The notes: generated by a model from the letters alone, not told the origin. A DNA stretch of 64,000 nt from an uncultured Gammaproteobacteria bacterium (GCA_964485575.1 CAZAJO010000010.1:450-64449), one strand, 5' to 3'. Numbered from the stretch's first letter, positions 19,162-30,508 are shown. Made by a program: numbers and translations.

Positions 19162-21858
19162 TTATTTTTGCACAGAAGCCTTTCGAATTTCAATTTTGTT
19201 CTGGAAGTCATATTTAGCAAGAGTTGATGTCTCAAGAAAATTTTTGCCATATGAATCGGCAGAAGTATTTACTGGTACATAACCCTCTGGATAATCAACT
19301 ATGGTAGTTACTTTATATGGCTTGGTTCCCGGTTGTTTAATATATAAAAGTGAGTAATCAACAATAGTAGACAATAATTTGCCTGACCCGTTATCGTATT
19401 TAACTTCGATTTCAGCTTTTTCATTTTTAAGAACTGTTAAGACAAAGGCAAAATACGTAAAATTGTCACGACTGTACTGCTCTACTTCTAGCTTATCAGG
19501 TTGCTTGAAGTTTTTAGCTTCATAAATTTTAAAGTCAGTAACTGCTGGCGTAGTTGGTTGTTTTACTCCGTTTATAGTTATTTCTTTCAGGATGCTTCCC
19601 TTTGGGACAGCGAGCTTGATATAAGATTTATAGCCATCGACAGAGCTAGTATTTGTAAGGAGGAGTTTTGCTTGAGATGCGATTTTTCCTTGCTCCAACA
19701 TGGCTTCATATGTCACTTCTCTTGATATATGCGCGTTGACTTTATTTGCTCCTATATTTGCCTCGTTAATATATAAGAAGTCATTAATAGTTTTTGCACT
19801 AGTCCCTCTCGTATCCTTGTATTCTCCTGCGTACCCATTAGCCGAGAAAGCTTTTTGGATGGAGTTGTCACTAAATGAGATAAGAATATTTTTCTGCTCT
19901 AATAAATCTGGGATTAGTTTTGCAATCTTGACATAGAACTTAGAATCAGTTGTTGTTTTCAATAACAGTTGGGTAAAAAGGTTATTGAGTATGTCTCGCT
20001 TTTGGGTAGAACCTGGAAAGAAATTTGTTTTGATTGTGCTTTGGATGAAATCAGAAACAGTGTCACTGGTCACTGTAACATTATAATTTGGTAATGTTAT
20101 CGGACCTGACAATTTAAGAATTTCTTTTAACACTTCCAGGTCAACAGCAATGACTGCGTCTGGTTTTTTACCAGTCTCGAGGTTATATAGAAAAGCAGAC
20201 ATGCTAGCAGATTCCTGGAAGTTGAGAGAAAAATTGCTATCTCTCAAATACAAATGAGGTTGGAGATATCTCCTTACTATGAAGGGAGGCTCAATATGAT
20301 TTCTTAATTGACCATCAAGTTCATAGACATCTTGGATCGTCAAATTTTCAATTTTCCCATTTTTAACAACTGCATTGCCAATAGATCCAATAAATCCGCC
20401 TGTCGGACGAAGCTCTTCAGTATTTTGAAATAAAAGTAAATAATTCTTTTCTTCACTAAAACCTAAAATAGTTGGAAGAATTCCTGACAAACTTAAGAGT
20501 TTTGAATATGTTTGTTTTAGATTTGCTGAAATGTCTTTGTTTCCTGTTTCAAGTGTGACCCTCTGCCCTTCCTGATAAAGAAAGGAAAGATTTGATGTGA
20601 GTGTCGACAATAGCGGTTCAGACAAAATGTTTCCATTGAACAAAGAAGTCATAGTGCCTCCAGTAATTCGTGAAAGCTCACCAACTTTTTGTATCAATGT
20701 GTAATACGTTGTAACTCTTTGGAATGTATCTATATTGCCTACTAAGTCAAAAGCAATATTGGTAGTAGGTTTTATTGCTGTCAAAAAGTAGTTAGAGATT
20801 CTTGCATTCTTTTCAACATTTTTAAAGTTGTCTGACTTTATGTCCTCTACAGCTTGTCGTAGATAAAAAAGTCCCAGACCGAAAAAGAGAAGATTGATAA
20901 ATAGAAAAAGGAACGTCCCAAAAAAGATACTTAGGAGTGTAAATCGCAAGGAACTCAATAGCTGTTTCTTTTTCTTCGTCTTTTTTGATCTACTCGTAAA
21001 GTTGCCAGACTTCGTAGTGTCATGTTGAATATCTCTCCCTTCCAATATTGGTGTTATTGCTTTTTCAAACCCCTCAAAAGCAGCATCCATATAGGTGTCA
21101 CTCATCTGAAGTCGTGTCACGAGAATTGATTTTATTTCCTCACGGGAAATTGTTAAGGAATTTGTTTTCTCGTCAGAAAAATTTATTTTTATATCCGGAT
21201 CTATGCGAGCGACAATATGCGAAAGTGCAAGAACTGTCTCTGGGTTTTTATAGAACAAGAAGTGGATTATTCCGCTCTTATAGTTTCCCAACAATAATCT
21301 AAGTATTCCGCTTATTGCATCCTTGGTAGAAATTGGATAGATGGAGGACAAGTTATCGCCATGTAAGTCGATCTCTCTTTTTGATAATACATTCTCAATA
21401 ATTTTCGAAAGCTGCCCTTTTTGTTCGCCATCTTTTTGTACAAGAAGTTCACCCAACAAAGCAAACCTGACATGAGCACTCGTCTTATACTCTCTAATGA
21501 TTTCCAGGTTTTTTACAAGAGCAAACACTTCAATTGTAATTAGCACAGTCGTTTTATCCAACGCAAATTTTGACATGACGGGTGATAGAAAAGTTCCCGC
21601 TTTTTCACCTGCTAAAAGTACAAGAGCATAGTCTATTGTTTCTTCGAGCTTTGGTAGCAGGGTAGCGTCTTGATACGTTAGAAAGTAGATCTCAGGGAGG
21701 GTTTCAAGAAATTCAGGCTTCCTATTTGAGACTATAATTATTCGAAATTTCTTCGTATTTTGGTTCACCAATTGAGCTTGGAGAAATTCCTCATCTCCAT
21801 AGATACAAAGCAAGGGAAGTTTCGCATCTTTCTCTTCCACTAGATGAATGTTTGGCAT
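19162..21858 (-). CDS. DUF4012-domain membrane protein
   Basis: YLLLFQN..ELRPTGGFIGS, RDSN, NIGANK, KQPG. Confidence 0.8.
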   Translation of the reverse strand: MPNIHLVEEKDAKLPLLCIYGDEEFLQAQLVNQNTKKFRIIIVSNRKPEFLETLPEIYFLTYQDATLLPKLEETIDYALVLLAGEKAGTFLSPVMSKFALDKTTVLITIEVFALVKNLEIIREYKTSAHVRFALLGELLVQKDGEQKGQLSKIIENVLSKREIDLHGDNLSSIYPISTKDAISGILRLLLGNYKSGIIHFLFYKNPETVLALSHIVARIDPDIKINFSDEKTNSLTISREEIKSILVTRLQMSDTYMDAAFEGFEKAITPILEGRDIQHDTTKSGNFTSRSKKTKKKKQLLSSLRFTLLSIFFGTFLFLFINLLFFGLGLFYLRQAVEDIKSDNFKNVEKNARISNYFLTAIKPTTNIAFDLVGNIDTFQRVTTYYTLIQKVGELSRITGGTMTSLFNGNILSEPLLSTLTSNLSFLYQEGQRVTLETGNKDISANLKQTYSKLLSLSGILPTILGFSEEKNYLLLFQNTEELRPTGGFIGSIGNAVVKNGKIENLTIQDVYELDGQLRNHIEPPFIVRRYLQPHLYLRDSNFSLNFQESASMSAFLYNLETGKKPDAVIAVDLEVLKEILKLSGPITLPNYNVTVTSDTVSDFIQSTIKTNFFPGSTQKRDILNNLFTQLLLKTTTDSKFYVKIAKLIPDLLEQKNILISFSDNSIQKAFSANGYAGEYKDTRGTSAKTINDFLYINEANIGANKVNAHISREVTYEAMLEQGKIASQAKLLLTNTSSVDGYKSYIKLAVPKGSILKEITINGVKQPTTPAVTDFKIYEAKNFKQPDKLEVEQYSRDNFTYFAFVLTVLKNEKAEIEVKYDNGSGKLLSTIVDYSLLYIKQPGTKPYKVTTIVDYPEGYVPVNTSADSYGKNFLETSTLAKYDFQNKIEIRKASVQK

Positions 21859-21948
21859 ACCATTAATTGTAGAGATATAATTACCGCTTGTCGAGTATTT
21901 TGAACGTAGTGCGGGAATAAGGTTACATCACTGGTGTTGGAAGGTTTT

Positions 21949-22371
21949 TTAGATTTTGAAGTCAAGCGCATCATTTACAAGGCTATCAGCTACCTTGTTT
22001 TGTTCACGTGGAATCTGAGAATATATAATTTGAGCTGATAATTGGGATTCAAGTCTCTTTGCAACAATAAACAGTTCTCTCATGTTAGGGTGCTTCACTT
22101 TAAATTTACCATCCATTTGACGGGCAACCAGAAGCGAATCCAGACGGAAGACAACCTCCTCAATATTTGGATAGTGTTCTATGACCCAGCGGAATGCATT
22201 GATGACTGCGGAGTATTCGGCAACATTATTCGTGTTAATGCCAATTCTTTTTCCTTCTCCATAGATCTGATTATTACTTTCGTCAAAAACGGCAAATCCA
22301 TAGGCTGCCTCTCCAGGATTCCCCCGTGAACCTCCGTCTCCGTATATGATGAGTTTTGAATGCGGTTTCAT
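21949..22371 (-). CDS. rnhA: ribonuclease HI
   Basis: DGGSRGNPG, TNNVAEY, DS.LV, PRE.N..AD. Confidence 0.92.
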   Translation of the reverse strand: MKPHSKLIIYGDGGSRGNPGEAAYGFAVFDESNNQIYGEGKRIGINTNNVAEYSAVINAFRWVIEHYPNIEEVVFRLDSLLVARQMDGKFKVKHPNMRELFIVAKRLESQLSAQIIYSQIPREQNKVADSLVNDALDFKI

Positions 22372-22420
22372 TTATGCATTGCAGTTTTTTTCGATGGTGG
22401 TAACCGAAAAGACCGTCAAA

Positions 22421-23677
22421 TTAAGCTTTTTTGCTTCTTACAAAATACCATAGCATGAAGAGAAAAACTAGGGCTTCAGATATTCCTGTGGCGATTGCGG
22501 ATGCATTATAAGAATACTTTGGAACAAAAATAATGTTCAGAATAACATTGAGAAGTAAAGCGCCACCATATAGAGGAACAAGGAATTTTAATTTATTATT
22601 GATGACGAAATGCCATTGCAAAAGACTTGTCATAAAAAAGAACGGAAGAGAGAGAGCTAGTATTTGAAATGGCAAAACCGATAGTGAGAAATCACTTTTA
22701 ATAAATGTTAGGAGGGGAGCACCGAAGAATGCGATGAAAGTAATTGCTAGTGAGGAAAAAATGAAAAGAGATGAGTAGCGTTTAATTAACGGTGTATAGG
22801 TTTTCGGATTTTTGCTTTCACGAAGCAGCAAAGGGTAAACACTATTTGCAAGATATGCTGGGAAAGCAAGAAGTATCTCAAAGAATTTATATGAAATTCC
22901 ATAAACTCCAACATCACTTGTTGGACGATATACAGACAAGATAAATATATCTGCCTTTGCATAAAGTAAATTGAAAAAAAGCATCATGCCAAGCGGTAGT
23001 GACGCAATAACTAAATTCTTTGAAAAAGAATTAAAGTTTGATGTCTTTTTGATGTTAAGGTTATACTTTTTTTTCATGACAAGAAAGAGTGTTGAGACAA
23101 GAACAGATCCGGAAACGATATATGAAAGTAAAAGTAAAGAAAGATTTTTTTGAGAGGAGGCAAAAAGAATAAACACTAATAAAACAATCGATGAAAGAAT
23201 GCTTGGGATAAGAGAAACAGAATAGGAGAGTTTCCTTTGAAGAAATGCTTGGAGTGAAATATTTATTCCAATAACAATAAGAGTCAGAGAATATATTACA
23301 ATTCCGTATTTTTCAATTTCCGAAAAACCAGTGCCAGCTAACTTGTTTTCTGGAAGTAGCTGTGCAAGAAAAGCGATGAGTGGTATCAGGAGGAAAGAGA
23401 AGAGAAGGCGGAGGATGATGAGGTTCCCAAAATACTTACCAATATTTTCGTAGTGCTCCTTTATAAAAATGGAATTCATGCCAAAATCTAAGATTAGATA
23501 AAATATTGAGACGAAGGCAACAATCTTTGTAAAGCTCCCAAGCGTTTCATAACCGGCAAAATAAGCGATAAGCAGTGTCGCAATCAACGTTGGTATACTT
23601 GTGGATATACGAATCAGAAATTGGACAAGAGTATTGAGGGAGACTGATTTTAGCTCAAGACCTGACAAGCGCTGCAT
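22421..23677 (-). CDS. polysaccharide flippase (Wzx/MOP family)
   Basis: About 12 TM helices; DFG, D..IL...VG.Y. Confidence 0.8.
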   Translation of the reverse strand: MQRLSGLELKSVSLNTLVQFLIRISTSIPTLIATLLIAYFAGYETLGSFTKIVAFVSIFYLILDFGMNSIFIKEHYENIGKYFGNLIILRLLFSFLLIPLIAFLAQLLPENKLAGTGFSEIEKYGIVIYSLTLIVIGINISLQAFLQRKLSYSVSLIPSILSSIVLLVFILFASSQKNLSLLLLSYIVSGSVLVSTLFLVMKKKYNLNIKKTSNFNSFSKNLVIASLPLGMMLFFNLLYAKADIFILSVYRPTSDVGVYGISYKFFEILLAFPAYLANSVYPLLLRESKNPKTYTPLIKRYSSLFIFSSLAITFIAFFGAPLLTFIKSDFSLSVLPFQILALSLPFFFMTSLLQWHFVINNKLKFLVPLYGGALLLNVILNIIFVPKYSYNASAIATGISEALVFLFMLWYFVRSKKA

Positions 23678-23708
23678 ATAGAAAGTATATCGGGGTACAA
23701 AGAACTAA

Positions 23709-24311
23709 TCAACGTTTAGTGACGACATCTGACAACTTTTGTCCTGATGGTAATGTGGGGGTAGGTTTAAAGGGGGCAAACAAGGCCTGCAAAGACATAA
23801 AATTATAGTAGGGTTTGTTCTCTCTAATAAATTTCGCTGCTTTATAAATTCCGACTAAACGCTTGTGGTGTTCTCCAGTAAAAAGTTGTGTTAGCTCGCC
23901 ATGCCGGAACGTTTGCGTGAGTATAACATCATCATAATATTCATTGCTATTACCCTTCACGCGTGTAGTAGTCACTGTAAAAGATGCAGTTAATTCTTGG
24001 CCGGCTGCATCGGGACCTGAAAAACTTAATATATCTGCTTCTTCTCTGCAGGAGAGCATCGCGACCCCAGACCGGTTTTCATCGGAACCATCATTCAAAA
24101 GGAAGAAGGAATCACCATCATCAAGGAAAGTATGAGTTATCGTTCCAAACGGTTCTGTGTCTTTTTGAAACCTAGAGTCATGGAATAATTGTATTTCATG
24201 TACACCCTCAGGGCTTCTAAAATCAATTGTTCTTCCCATTGAATAAAAACGCTCCTTTGGGCAAACGGAAGCTGGGTCAAAATTAGAAGGATTGGGATAT
24301 TCCCCTGCCAT
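23709..24311 (-). CDS. hypothetical protein
   Basis: 200-aa ORF with no recognised motif. Confidence 0.55.
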   Translation of the reverse strand: MAGEYPNPSNFDPASVCPKERFYSMGRTIDFRSPEGVHEIQLFHDSRFQKDTEPFGTITHTFLDDGDSFFLLNDGSDENRSGVAMLSCREEADILSFSGPDAAGQELTASFTVTTTRVKGNSNEYYDDVILTQTFRHGELTQLFTGEHHKRLVGIYKAAKFIRENKPYYNFMSLQALFAPFKPTPTLPSGQKLSDVVTKR

Positions 24312-24420
24312 TATAAAATCAAGAATCTAGCACCAATGTAACAAAATTAAAAAAATGGTGCAAGAAGTCTAACTGTATCAATTTGTTGAAGCCAACTTAG
24401 CCTCATGGTAGAATTGGGAA

Positions 24421-26487
24421 ATGGACAAGGTGTACGATCACACGAAAGTAGAGGATGCTCTTTATAAAGAATGGGAAGAGAAAGGATACTTCAAGCCCGA
24501 AATAAATCCTGAGGGGGAGCCCTATTCTATAATTCTGCCGCCCCCAAATGCCAATGCCCCATTACATTTCGGGCACGCCATGTATGTTATCGAAGACATT
24601 CTTATCCGCTATCATAGAATGAAGGGGTTCAAGACTTTGTGGGAGCCGGGAGCGGATCATGCAGGATTTGAGACTCAATTTGTTTTTGAAAAAAGGCTAG
24701 CATTGGAGGGGAAGAGTAGATTTGATTACGACCGCGACACTCTATACAAAATGATTTTAGAATTTGTCCAGGGCAATAGACCTATCATGGAGGGACAGCT
24801 TCGGAAGATGGGATTCTCTCTTGATTGGTCGCGAAAAAAACTCACAATAGATCCGGAAATTGTTGAAGTTGTTTATAAGAATTTTAAGAAGCTTTATGAT
24901 GACGGACTGGCGTATAGAGCAGAGCGGTTGGTTAATTATTGTACATTTGACGGGACTTCCTTTTCTGATTTAGAGGTAGTTCATGAAGAGAGACAAAGTC
25001 AGCTGTATTACATAAAGTACGGCCCCTTAGTTTTGGCAACAACACGTCCAGAAACAAAATTTGGAGATACGGCTGTTGCTGTTAATCCAAAGGACAAGCG
25101 GTATGAGAAATATGTTGGACAAGAATTGGAAATAGAAACTGTTCTCGGACCGTCAAAAATAAAAGTAGTTGCTGATGACATGGTTGACATGGAATTTGGG
25201 ACTGGCGTTGTAAAAATTACTCCGGCACATGATTTTAATGATTTCGAAGTTGCTAAGCGTCACGACTTGCCAATGAAACAAGTTATTGGACTTGATGGGA
25301 AAATGATGGAGGAAGCTGGAGAATTTGCTGGGATGTATGTTAAGCAGGCAAGAAAAGCAATTGTTGAAAAAATGCAGGAGAAAGGTCTTATCGAAAAGAT
25401 AGATGAGAATTACAATAACAGGGTAGGACTTTGTTATAAGTGTAAAAATGTTTTAGAACCGCTTCCTTTAGAGCAGTGGTTCATAAAAATGGAGCCATTA
25501 GCAGGTCCAGCAATTGAAGCGGTAAAAAAAGGTGACACAAAAATATATCCAGCAAGTTTTGATAAGTTATATTTTCAATTTTTGGAAAACATTCGAGACT
25601 GGAATATTTCAAGGCAGGTTGTTTGGGGAATTAGAATTCCTGCATGGAAAAACAAAAAAACAGGGAAGTGGAAAATTACGGAAGGAAAAGCTCCAGAAGG
25701 TGAAGAGTGGGAGCAGGATAGTGACACGTTTGATACCTGGTTTTCTTCATCGCAATGGCCTTTTGCAACCCTTATGACAACAAACGAAAAAGATTATGAG
25801 ACTTTTTATCCAACAACTGTTATGGAAACTGGATATGATATTCTGCGATGGTGGGTTGCCCGCATGATGATGATGGGGCTTTTTGCCACAGGGAAAGTTC
25901 CTTTTAAAAATGTAGTACTTCATGGACTCGTCAATGACCCTCTTGGAAAGAAGATGAGTAAGAGTAAGGGCAATGTTGTCAATCCTTTAGAATTAGTTGA
26001 TCAATATGGGGCAGACGCAGTGAGATTTGCGCTTGTTTATGGGACAGCACTTGGTAATGATCAGGCGCTTTCTTATCCGAAATTGGAAGCGGCTCGTAGA
26101 TTTACAAATAAATTATGGAATATGGGTAGATTTATTATTGATTTTAAACCTGATGACTCTCAGAGTGAAATGTCTGACCATGCAGACGACAAAGCTATTA
26201 TTTCGAAGCTTAATGAGGTTATAAAAACGATTGATGCAGCATATGCTTCTTATAGATTTAATGACATCTCAGATCTTCTTTACGAATTTACTTGGCATGA
26301 GTTTGCAGATAAATACATAGAATCGACTAAAGACAGAAGAGCAGAAGCGCAACCAACTTTAGAATTCGTTTACTCTACAATTTTAAAACTTCTTCATCCA
26401 ATAATGCCCTTTGTGACGGACGAGATATATAGGAAAGTAAATAACTCTCAAGATTCGATAATGATATCCTCCTGGCCGCAAGCCTAG
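24421..26487 (+). CDS. valS: valine--tRNA ligase (no C-terminal coiled coil)
   Basis: PPPN...LHFGHA, TTRPET, DWNISRQ, KMSKSKGN. Confidence 0.96.
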   Translation: MDKVYDHTKVEDALYKEWEEKGYFKPEINPEGEPYSIILPPPNANAPLHFGHAMYVIEDILIRYHRMKGFKTLWEPGADHAGFETQFVFEKRLALEGKSRFDYDRDTLYKMILEFVQGNRPIMEGQLRKMGFSLDWSRKKLTIDPEIVEVVYKNFKKLYDDGLAYRAERLVNYCTFDGTSFSDLEVVHEERQSQLYYIKYGPLVLATTRPETKFGDTAVAVNPKDKRYEKYVGQELEIETVLGPSKIKVVADDMVDMEFGTGVVKITPAHDFNDFEVAKRHDLPMKQVIGLDGKMMEEAGEFAGMYVKQARKAIVEKMQEKGLIEKIDENYNNRVGLCYKCKNVLEPLPLEQWFIKMEPLAGPAIEAVKKGDTKIYPASFDKLYFQFLENIRDWNISRQVVWGIRIPAWKNKKTGKWKITEGKAPEGEEWEQDSDTFDTWFSSSQWPFATLMTTNEKDYETFYPTTVMETGYDILRWWVARMMMMGLFATGKVPFKNVVLHGLVNDPLGKKMSKSKGNVVNPLELVDQYGADAVRFALVYGTALGNDQALSYPKLEAARRFTNKLWNMGRFIIDFKPDDSQSEMSDHADDKAIISKLNEVIKTIDAAYASYRFNDISDLLYEFTWHEFADKYIESTKDRRAEAQPTLEFVYSTILKLLHPIMPFVTDEIYRKVNNSQDSIMISSWPQA

Positions 26488-26522
26488 CTTTCAAATTTTC
26501 TTCTGTGCTACACTAAAATCAT

Positions 26523-27326
26523 ATGTTTCTTCTTTTTGATATAGGGGGTACAACAACTCGTTTTGCTGTTTCTTATACCGGTGACAAGATTGATGATGTA
26601 AAGCTTTTCCCAACAAATCACGATTTTGACCAAGCCATGGAGCAGATGAAAAGCGTTGCTTCCGATTTTGCTAATGGTGAAAAGTACCACGCAGTTGTTG
26701 GGGGAGTTAGATCATACAACAAAAAAAATGGATCCCTTTTTGATCACCCAACAATCCCACTCTGGGTAGGTGTCCCTCTTTTAGATAAAATGAGGGAAGC
26801 GTGGGGAGATGTGTTTATTGAGAATGATTGTGTGATGGTAGGATTGGGAGAGGCCGTCCATGGGGCAGGGAAGGGCGAAAAAATAGTTGCATATGTGACG
26901 TTATCTACCGGTGTTGGAGGGTGCAGAATCACAAACGGTAAGGCCGATGAGACTGAATACAGCTTTGAGCCAGGGAACATGTTGATAAATGGGCCTGAAG
27001 GACAAGACTATTTAGAGAACATCGTTTCAGGAAGCGCAATTGAGAAGAGGTATGGAGTCTCCCCATTTGACCTCACAGATGAGAATGCTTGGGAGGAAAT
27101 TTCTGAATATGTGTCAGTTGGTTTGAATAACGTAGCAGTTATGTGGTCCCCAAATATTATCGTTCTTGGAGGGTCTGTTCCTCAGCGAATTGACTTTGAA
27201 AAAGTGAATGAATATCTGAAGAAGCATTGCAGGATTTATCCTGAGGTGCCATTGGTTAAAATGGCTGAGATTGACGAGCAAGGTGGCCTCTATGGAGCAC
27301 TTGCGTACTTAAAAAATCTTCCCTGA
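26523..27326 (+). CDS. ROK family sugar kinase
   Basis: DIGGT, END...GE, STGVGG, E.G. Confidence 0.87.
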   Translation: MFLLFDIGGTTTRFAVSYTGDKIDDVKLFPTNHDFDQAMEQMKSVASDFANGEKYHAVVGGVRSYNKKNGSLFDHPTIPLWVGVPLLDKMREAWGDVFIENDCVMVGLGEAVHGAGKGEKIVAYVTLSTGVGGCRITNGKADETEYSFEPGNMLINGPEGQDYLENIVSGSAIEKRYGVSPFDLTDENAWEEISEYVSVGLNNVAVMWSPNIIVLGGSVPQRIDFEKVNEYLKKHCRIYPEVPLVKMAEIDEQGGLYGALAYLKNLP

Positions 27327-27327
27327 A

Positions 27328-29091
27328 TTATTTTACAGTTACACTTTTTGCAAGGTTCCTTGGTTTGTCGGGATCTGGAACTTTTCTTGCTAAAGCGACA
27401 TAGTAGCCTAAAAGATGAGCAATTGTCACTTGGGGAAGGATAGTTGCTTCTTCAATATCTGCTGTTGGGAGAAAATCATCAAACACACTGTTATTTAGCG
27501 GACCAATTCCAACCACATATGCACCTCTGGCTTTTACTTCTTGGGCATTTGAGATGATCTCGGCGTACGTTTCGTCATTTGGAGCAAATACAATTACAGG
27601 CGTCCCTTTTTCGATGAGTGCCATTACCCCATGCTTTAATTCACCACCAGGGAAGGCTTCTGCGTGAATAAAGCTTCCTTCCTTAAGTTTTAATGCTGTC
27701 TCGAGGGCCGCGGTATATGAAAATCCACGGCCTATTATATATATGTGTTCACTTTTGTTAAGGTGCACGGCTAATTTTTCAACCCTCTTTATGTAGGAAG
27801 GGGTAAGAATATCTCCAACATTAACAGCAGCTTTTTGAAGTATATACTTCCCTTTCTTTTCTCCACCTGCATATGTGAATGCAGTGAGTATTAACATGGC
27901 AAGCATTGCTGTAAAGCTTTTTGTTGCAACAACTGCTTTTTCGGGGCCAGAATTTAGTAGAGCTGCATAATCAGAGATTCTGAAGAGGGTTGAGCCTTCA
28001 ACATTTATAATGGAGGCAACTTTTGCCCCTTTTTTCTTCATGCGGGTCACAGGTTCGATGACGTCAATTGATTCTCCACTTTGGGAAATGGGTATGAGAA
28101 GTGTTTTTGAATTCACAAAATCCTCGCTGTATTTAAATTCAGATCCTATCGCAAAATTTACGTGAAGATGGGCAATTTTTGAAAAAAGATATGTAGCACC
28201 AATCGCAGCATATGAAGCAGAACCACATGCAACGAGAAATATTCCTTTTGCTTGCTTGATATATCTTGAAAGTTCTGTAGCATCCTTTTGTGAGTTACGG
28301 GCTATATGGTTGATGACCTTTTGCTCTTCATGTGTTTCCTTAATAAAGTAGTGCTTAAAATTGCCCAATTCGCTTTTTTCAAATTTCCAGGAAAGGGTAG
28401 TATATTTAGGTTTTATCTTCTTTTCTGTCAGTAGATTTATTACCTGCAGGGTTTTGCCAACCACAATCATTTGATTGTCCTCAATAAACATGACCTTTTT
28501 TGTATGTTTTACAATCCCAGCTGCATCTGACGCTAAAAAGTAGCCATCAAGGCTTTTACCAACAACAAGAGGAGAGCCATTCTTAGCTGCGATAATTTCA
28601 GACGATTTGGCATTCATGACCACGATTGCATTCATTCCATGAAGTTTTTTGAACGCATTTTTGACAGAAAGAGCAAAATCATTTGTCTTTAGCTCTTCCT
28701 CTATGAGGTGCACAGCAACTTCAGTATCGGTTTGGGAAACGAATTTGTGTCCAAGCGTTAATAAATCCGCTTTTAGTTTCTCAAAATTCTCAATAATTCC
28801 ATTATGAAGAAGCGCGATTTGTCCAGAACAGTCTAAATGTGGATGGGCATTTTTTTCAGTTACCCCTCCATGGGTTGCCCATCTTGTGTGACCTATGCCA
28901 AGCGAGGTTGAGGTTAAAGATGTTTTGGCCATCCCTATTTTCCCTATGTGTTTTTCAATTTCGATTTCAGCCCCTTTTTTTATTGCTATTCCCCAGGAGT
29001 CATACCCTCTGTATTCTAGGGATCTAAGCCCTTTAAGAATTACTGAAGCACTTTTTTGTTTTTTTGATACAAAACCAAATATACCGCACAT
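27328..29091 (-). CDS. glmS: glutamine--fructose-6-phosphate transaminase
   Basis: MCGI, LEYRGYDS, HTRWATHG, PRNLAKSVT. Confidence 0.97.
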   Translation of the reverse strand: MCGIFGFVSKKQKSASVILKGLRSLEYRGYDSWGIAIKKGAEIEIEKHIGKIGMAKTSLTSTSLGIGHTRWATHGGVTEKNAHPHLDCSGQIALLHNGIIENFEKLKADLLTLGHKFVSQTDTEVAVHLIEEELKTNDFALSVKNAFKKLHGMNAIVVMNAKSSEIIAAKNGSPLVVGKSLDGYFLASDAAGIVKHTKKVMFIEDNQMIVVGKTLQVINLLTEKKIKPKYTTLSWKFEKSELGNFKHYFIKETHEEQKVINHIARNSQKDATELSRYIKQAKGIFLVACGSASYAAIGATYLFSKIAHLHVNFAIGSEFKYSEDFVNSKTLLIPISQSGESIDVIEPVTRMKKKGAKVASIINVEGSTLFRISDYAALLNSGPEKAVVATKSFTAMLAMLILTAFTYAGGEKKGKYILQKAAVNVGDILTPSYIKRVEKLAVHLNKSEHIYIIGRGFSYTAALETALKLKEGSFIHAEAFPGGELKHGVMALIEKGTPVIVFAPNDETYAEIISNAQEVKARGAYVVGIGPLNNSVFDDFLPTADIEEATILPQVTIAHLLGYYVALARKVPDPDKPRNLAKSVTVK

Positions 29092-29092
29092 G

Positions 29093-29746
29093 TTAGACAG
29101 TTAAATGTGAATACTTCAGTAGTTTTTTAGGGTCAGTTATAACATAGCGGCCGGACATGTGAGTAAGAATATTTTGAACGGTTAGCTTGCTGATCTCAAT
29201 GCTCGTTGTCTCACGACTAATGCCGATAAGATCAGCAATATCTTGCTGAGTTAATTTCAGGGGTATATTGATCTTGTCTCCATCCTCTTTTCCGAAGCGT
29301 TCACCTAATATGTGGATGATAGAAGCTACTTTTTGAGTTGCACTTCCGAATGCCATCTGTTCCATGCGTTGCATAAGTCCTCTCATTCTGATTGATATAT
29401 TTTGTGCAATCATGAATTGTACGTCGGGATTTTGTTCAAGAAACAGCAAAAAAGCCTCACGGTTCTTCTCAAGCACTGTGCATTCCCCCATAGCTCTAAA
29501 AGAATGTCCGTTATGAATTTTGTTAAAAATCCAAGTGTATGAAAAAATATCTTCCGGCTTAAATATAAATAGTGTGAATTCGCGACCATCTTGAGACGAA
29601 GCTGAATCCTTGATATATCCTCTTTTCAGATAGAATGCTGCTGAACGTTGGTCTCCGGCACGAAGAACTATCTCGCCATTTTTGAAGTGACTGGGTTTTG
29701 AAGTAGCAAAAAATTTCTTTAATTTTTCACTTGGAGTCAAATCCAT
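29093..29746 (-). CDS. Crp/Fnr family transcriptional regulator
   Basis: cNMP-like domain; LTQQDIADLIGISRETTS helix-turn-helix. Confidence 0.9.
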   Translation of the reverse strand: MDLTPSEKLKKFFATSKPSHFKNGEIVLRAGDQRSAAFYLKRGYIKDSASSQDGREFTLFIFKPEDIFSYTWIFNKIHNGHSFRAMGECTVLEKNREAFLLFLEQNPDVQFMIAQNISIRMRGLMQRMEQMAFGSATQKVASIIHILGERFGKEDGDKINIPLKLTQQDIADLIGISRETTSIEISKLTVQNILTHMSGRYVITDPKKLLKYSHLTV

Positions 29747-29775
29747 TTACTGGCTGCAGTATATCAGGTAAGAAA

Positions 29776-29795
29776 AGTGTTAGCAACTTAACACT
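29776..29795. promoter_or_regulatory. CRP-like operator AGTGTTA-N6-TAACACT
   Basis: Perfect 7-bp inverted repeat with a TGTNA-N6-TNACA core in the divergent region next to the crp-like gene. Confidence 0.65.
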
Positions 29796-29851
29796 CTTTC
29801 TGTAATCTTTATTACGGAATTTATGGGTTCGAATTGGTATTGTATGCTTGC

Positions 29852-30508
29852 ATGAAAAATAAAGAATTTTTCTTCAAAGACAGATTGACAGAAACCCAAA
29901 TCGAGAAATTTAAATTGTTCAACGATGAAGAGTTAATTTTTGCCTGTAGGGAGCATTGGTTGCCGATTGTCTTGAGGTTGGTCAGAAAATCATTCGTCGG
30001 ACTGTTTATGGCAACTGCCTGTTCATCAATCTTTATCCTACTTATCCATAGTACTGCTCTTGCTGCAGGAACTTTTTTCCTTACGGTATTAATAACCGGG
30101 CTCTTGGCTGTCAGAGACCTCATACACTGGAGTTTTCATATGTATATTGCAACCAACAAACAATTGATTGAGGTACATTATAATCCTCTGATTTCACATG
30201 CAATCAACTCGGTTTTATTAGAGCAAATTAGGTGTACAGAGATTGATGTCGAAATGTATGGGATAATTCCGGAACTCTTAGGGATCGGTAACGTCGAGAT
30301 AACTTTTGATAGGCCAACCCACAAAGAAGTATTTATAATTAAAGATATCCGTTCACCAAGAGCCATTGCCAATCTTCTATCGGCTCAAATTCATCAGACC
30401 TTGGGACCTGGACAAAGACAAGGACTGCAGCCACTGTGGTCTAAAGAACTTAAAAATAATAAATATCGCTTCTTAGGCGATGTGAATTATGGATATACAA
30501 GTAACTAA
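29852..30508 (+). CDS. membrane protein with bacterial PH-like domain
   Basis: R.HW, two TM helices, Y..TN.., G.G.V.I, I..P. Confidence 0.65.
   Translation: MKNKEFFFKDRLTETQIEKFKLFNDEELIFACREHWLPIVLRLVRKSFVGLFMATACSSIFILLIHSTALAAGTFFLTVLITGLLAVRDLIHWSFHMYIATNKQLIEVHYNPLISHAINSVLLEQIRCTEIDVEMYGIIPELLGIGNVEITFDRPTHKEVFIIKDIRSPRAIANLLSAQIHQTLGPGQRQGLQPLWSKELKNNKYRFLGDVNYGYTSN

Noticed and set aside
24421-26487. valS as a truncated pseudogene
   Set aside because: All catalytic motifs are intact and the next gene follows closely; loss of the C-terminal coiled coil is consistent with reduced genomes.
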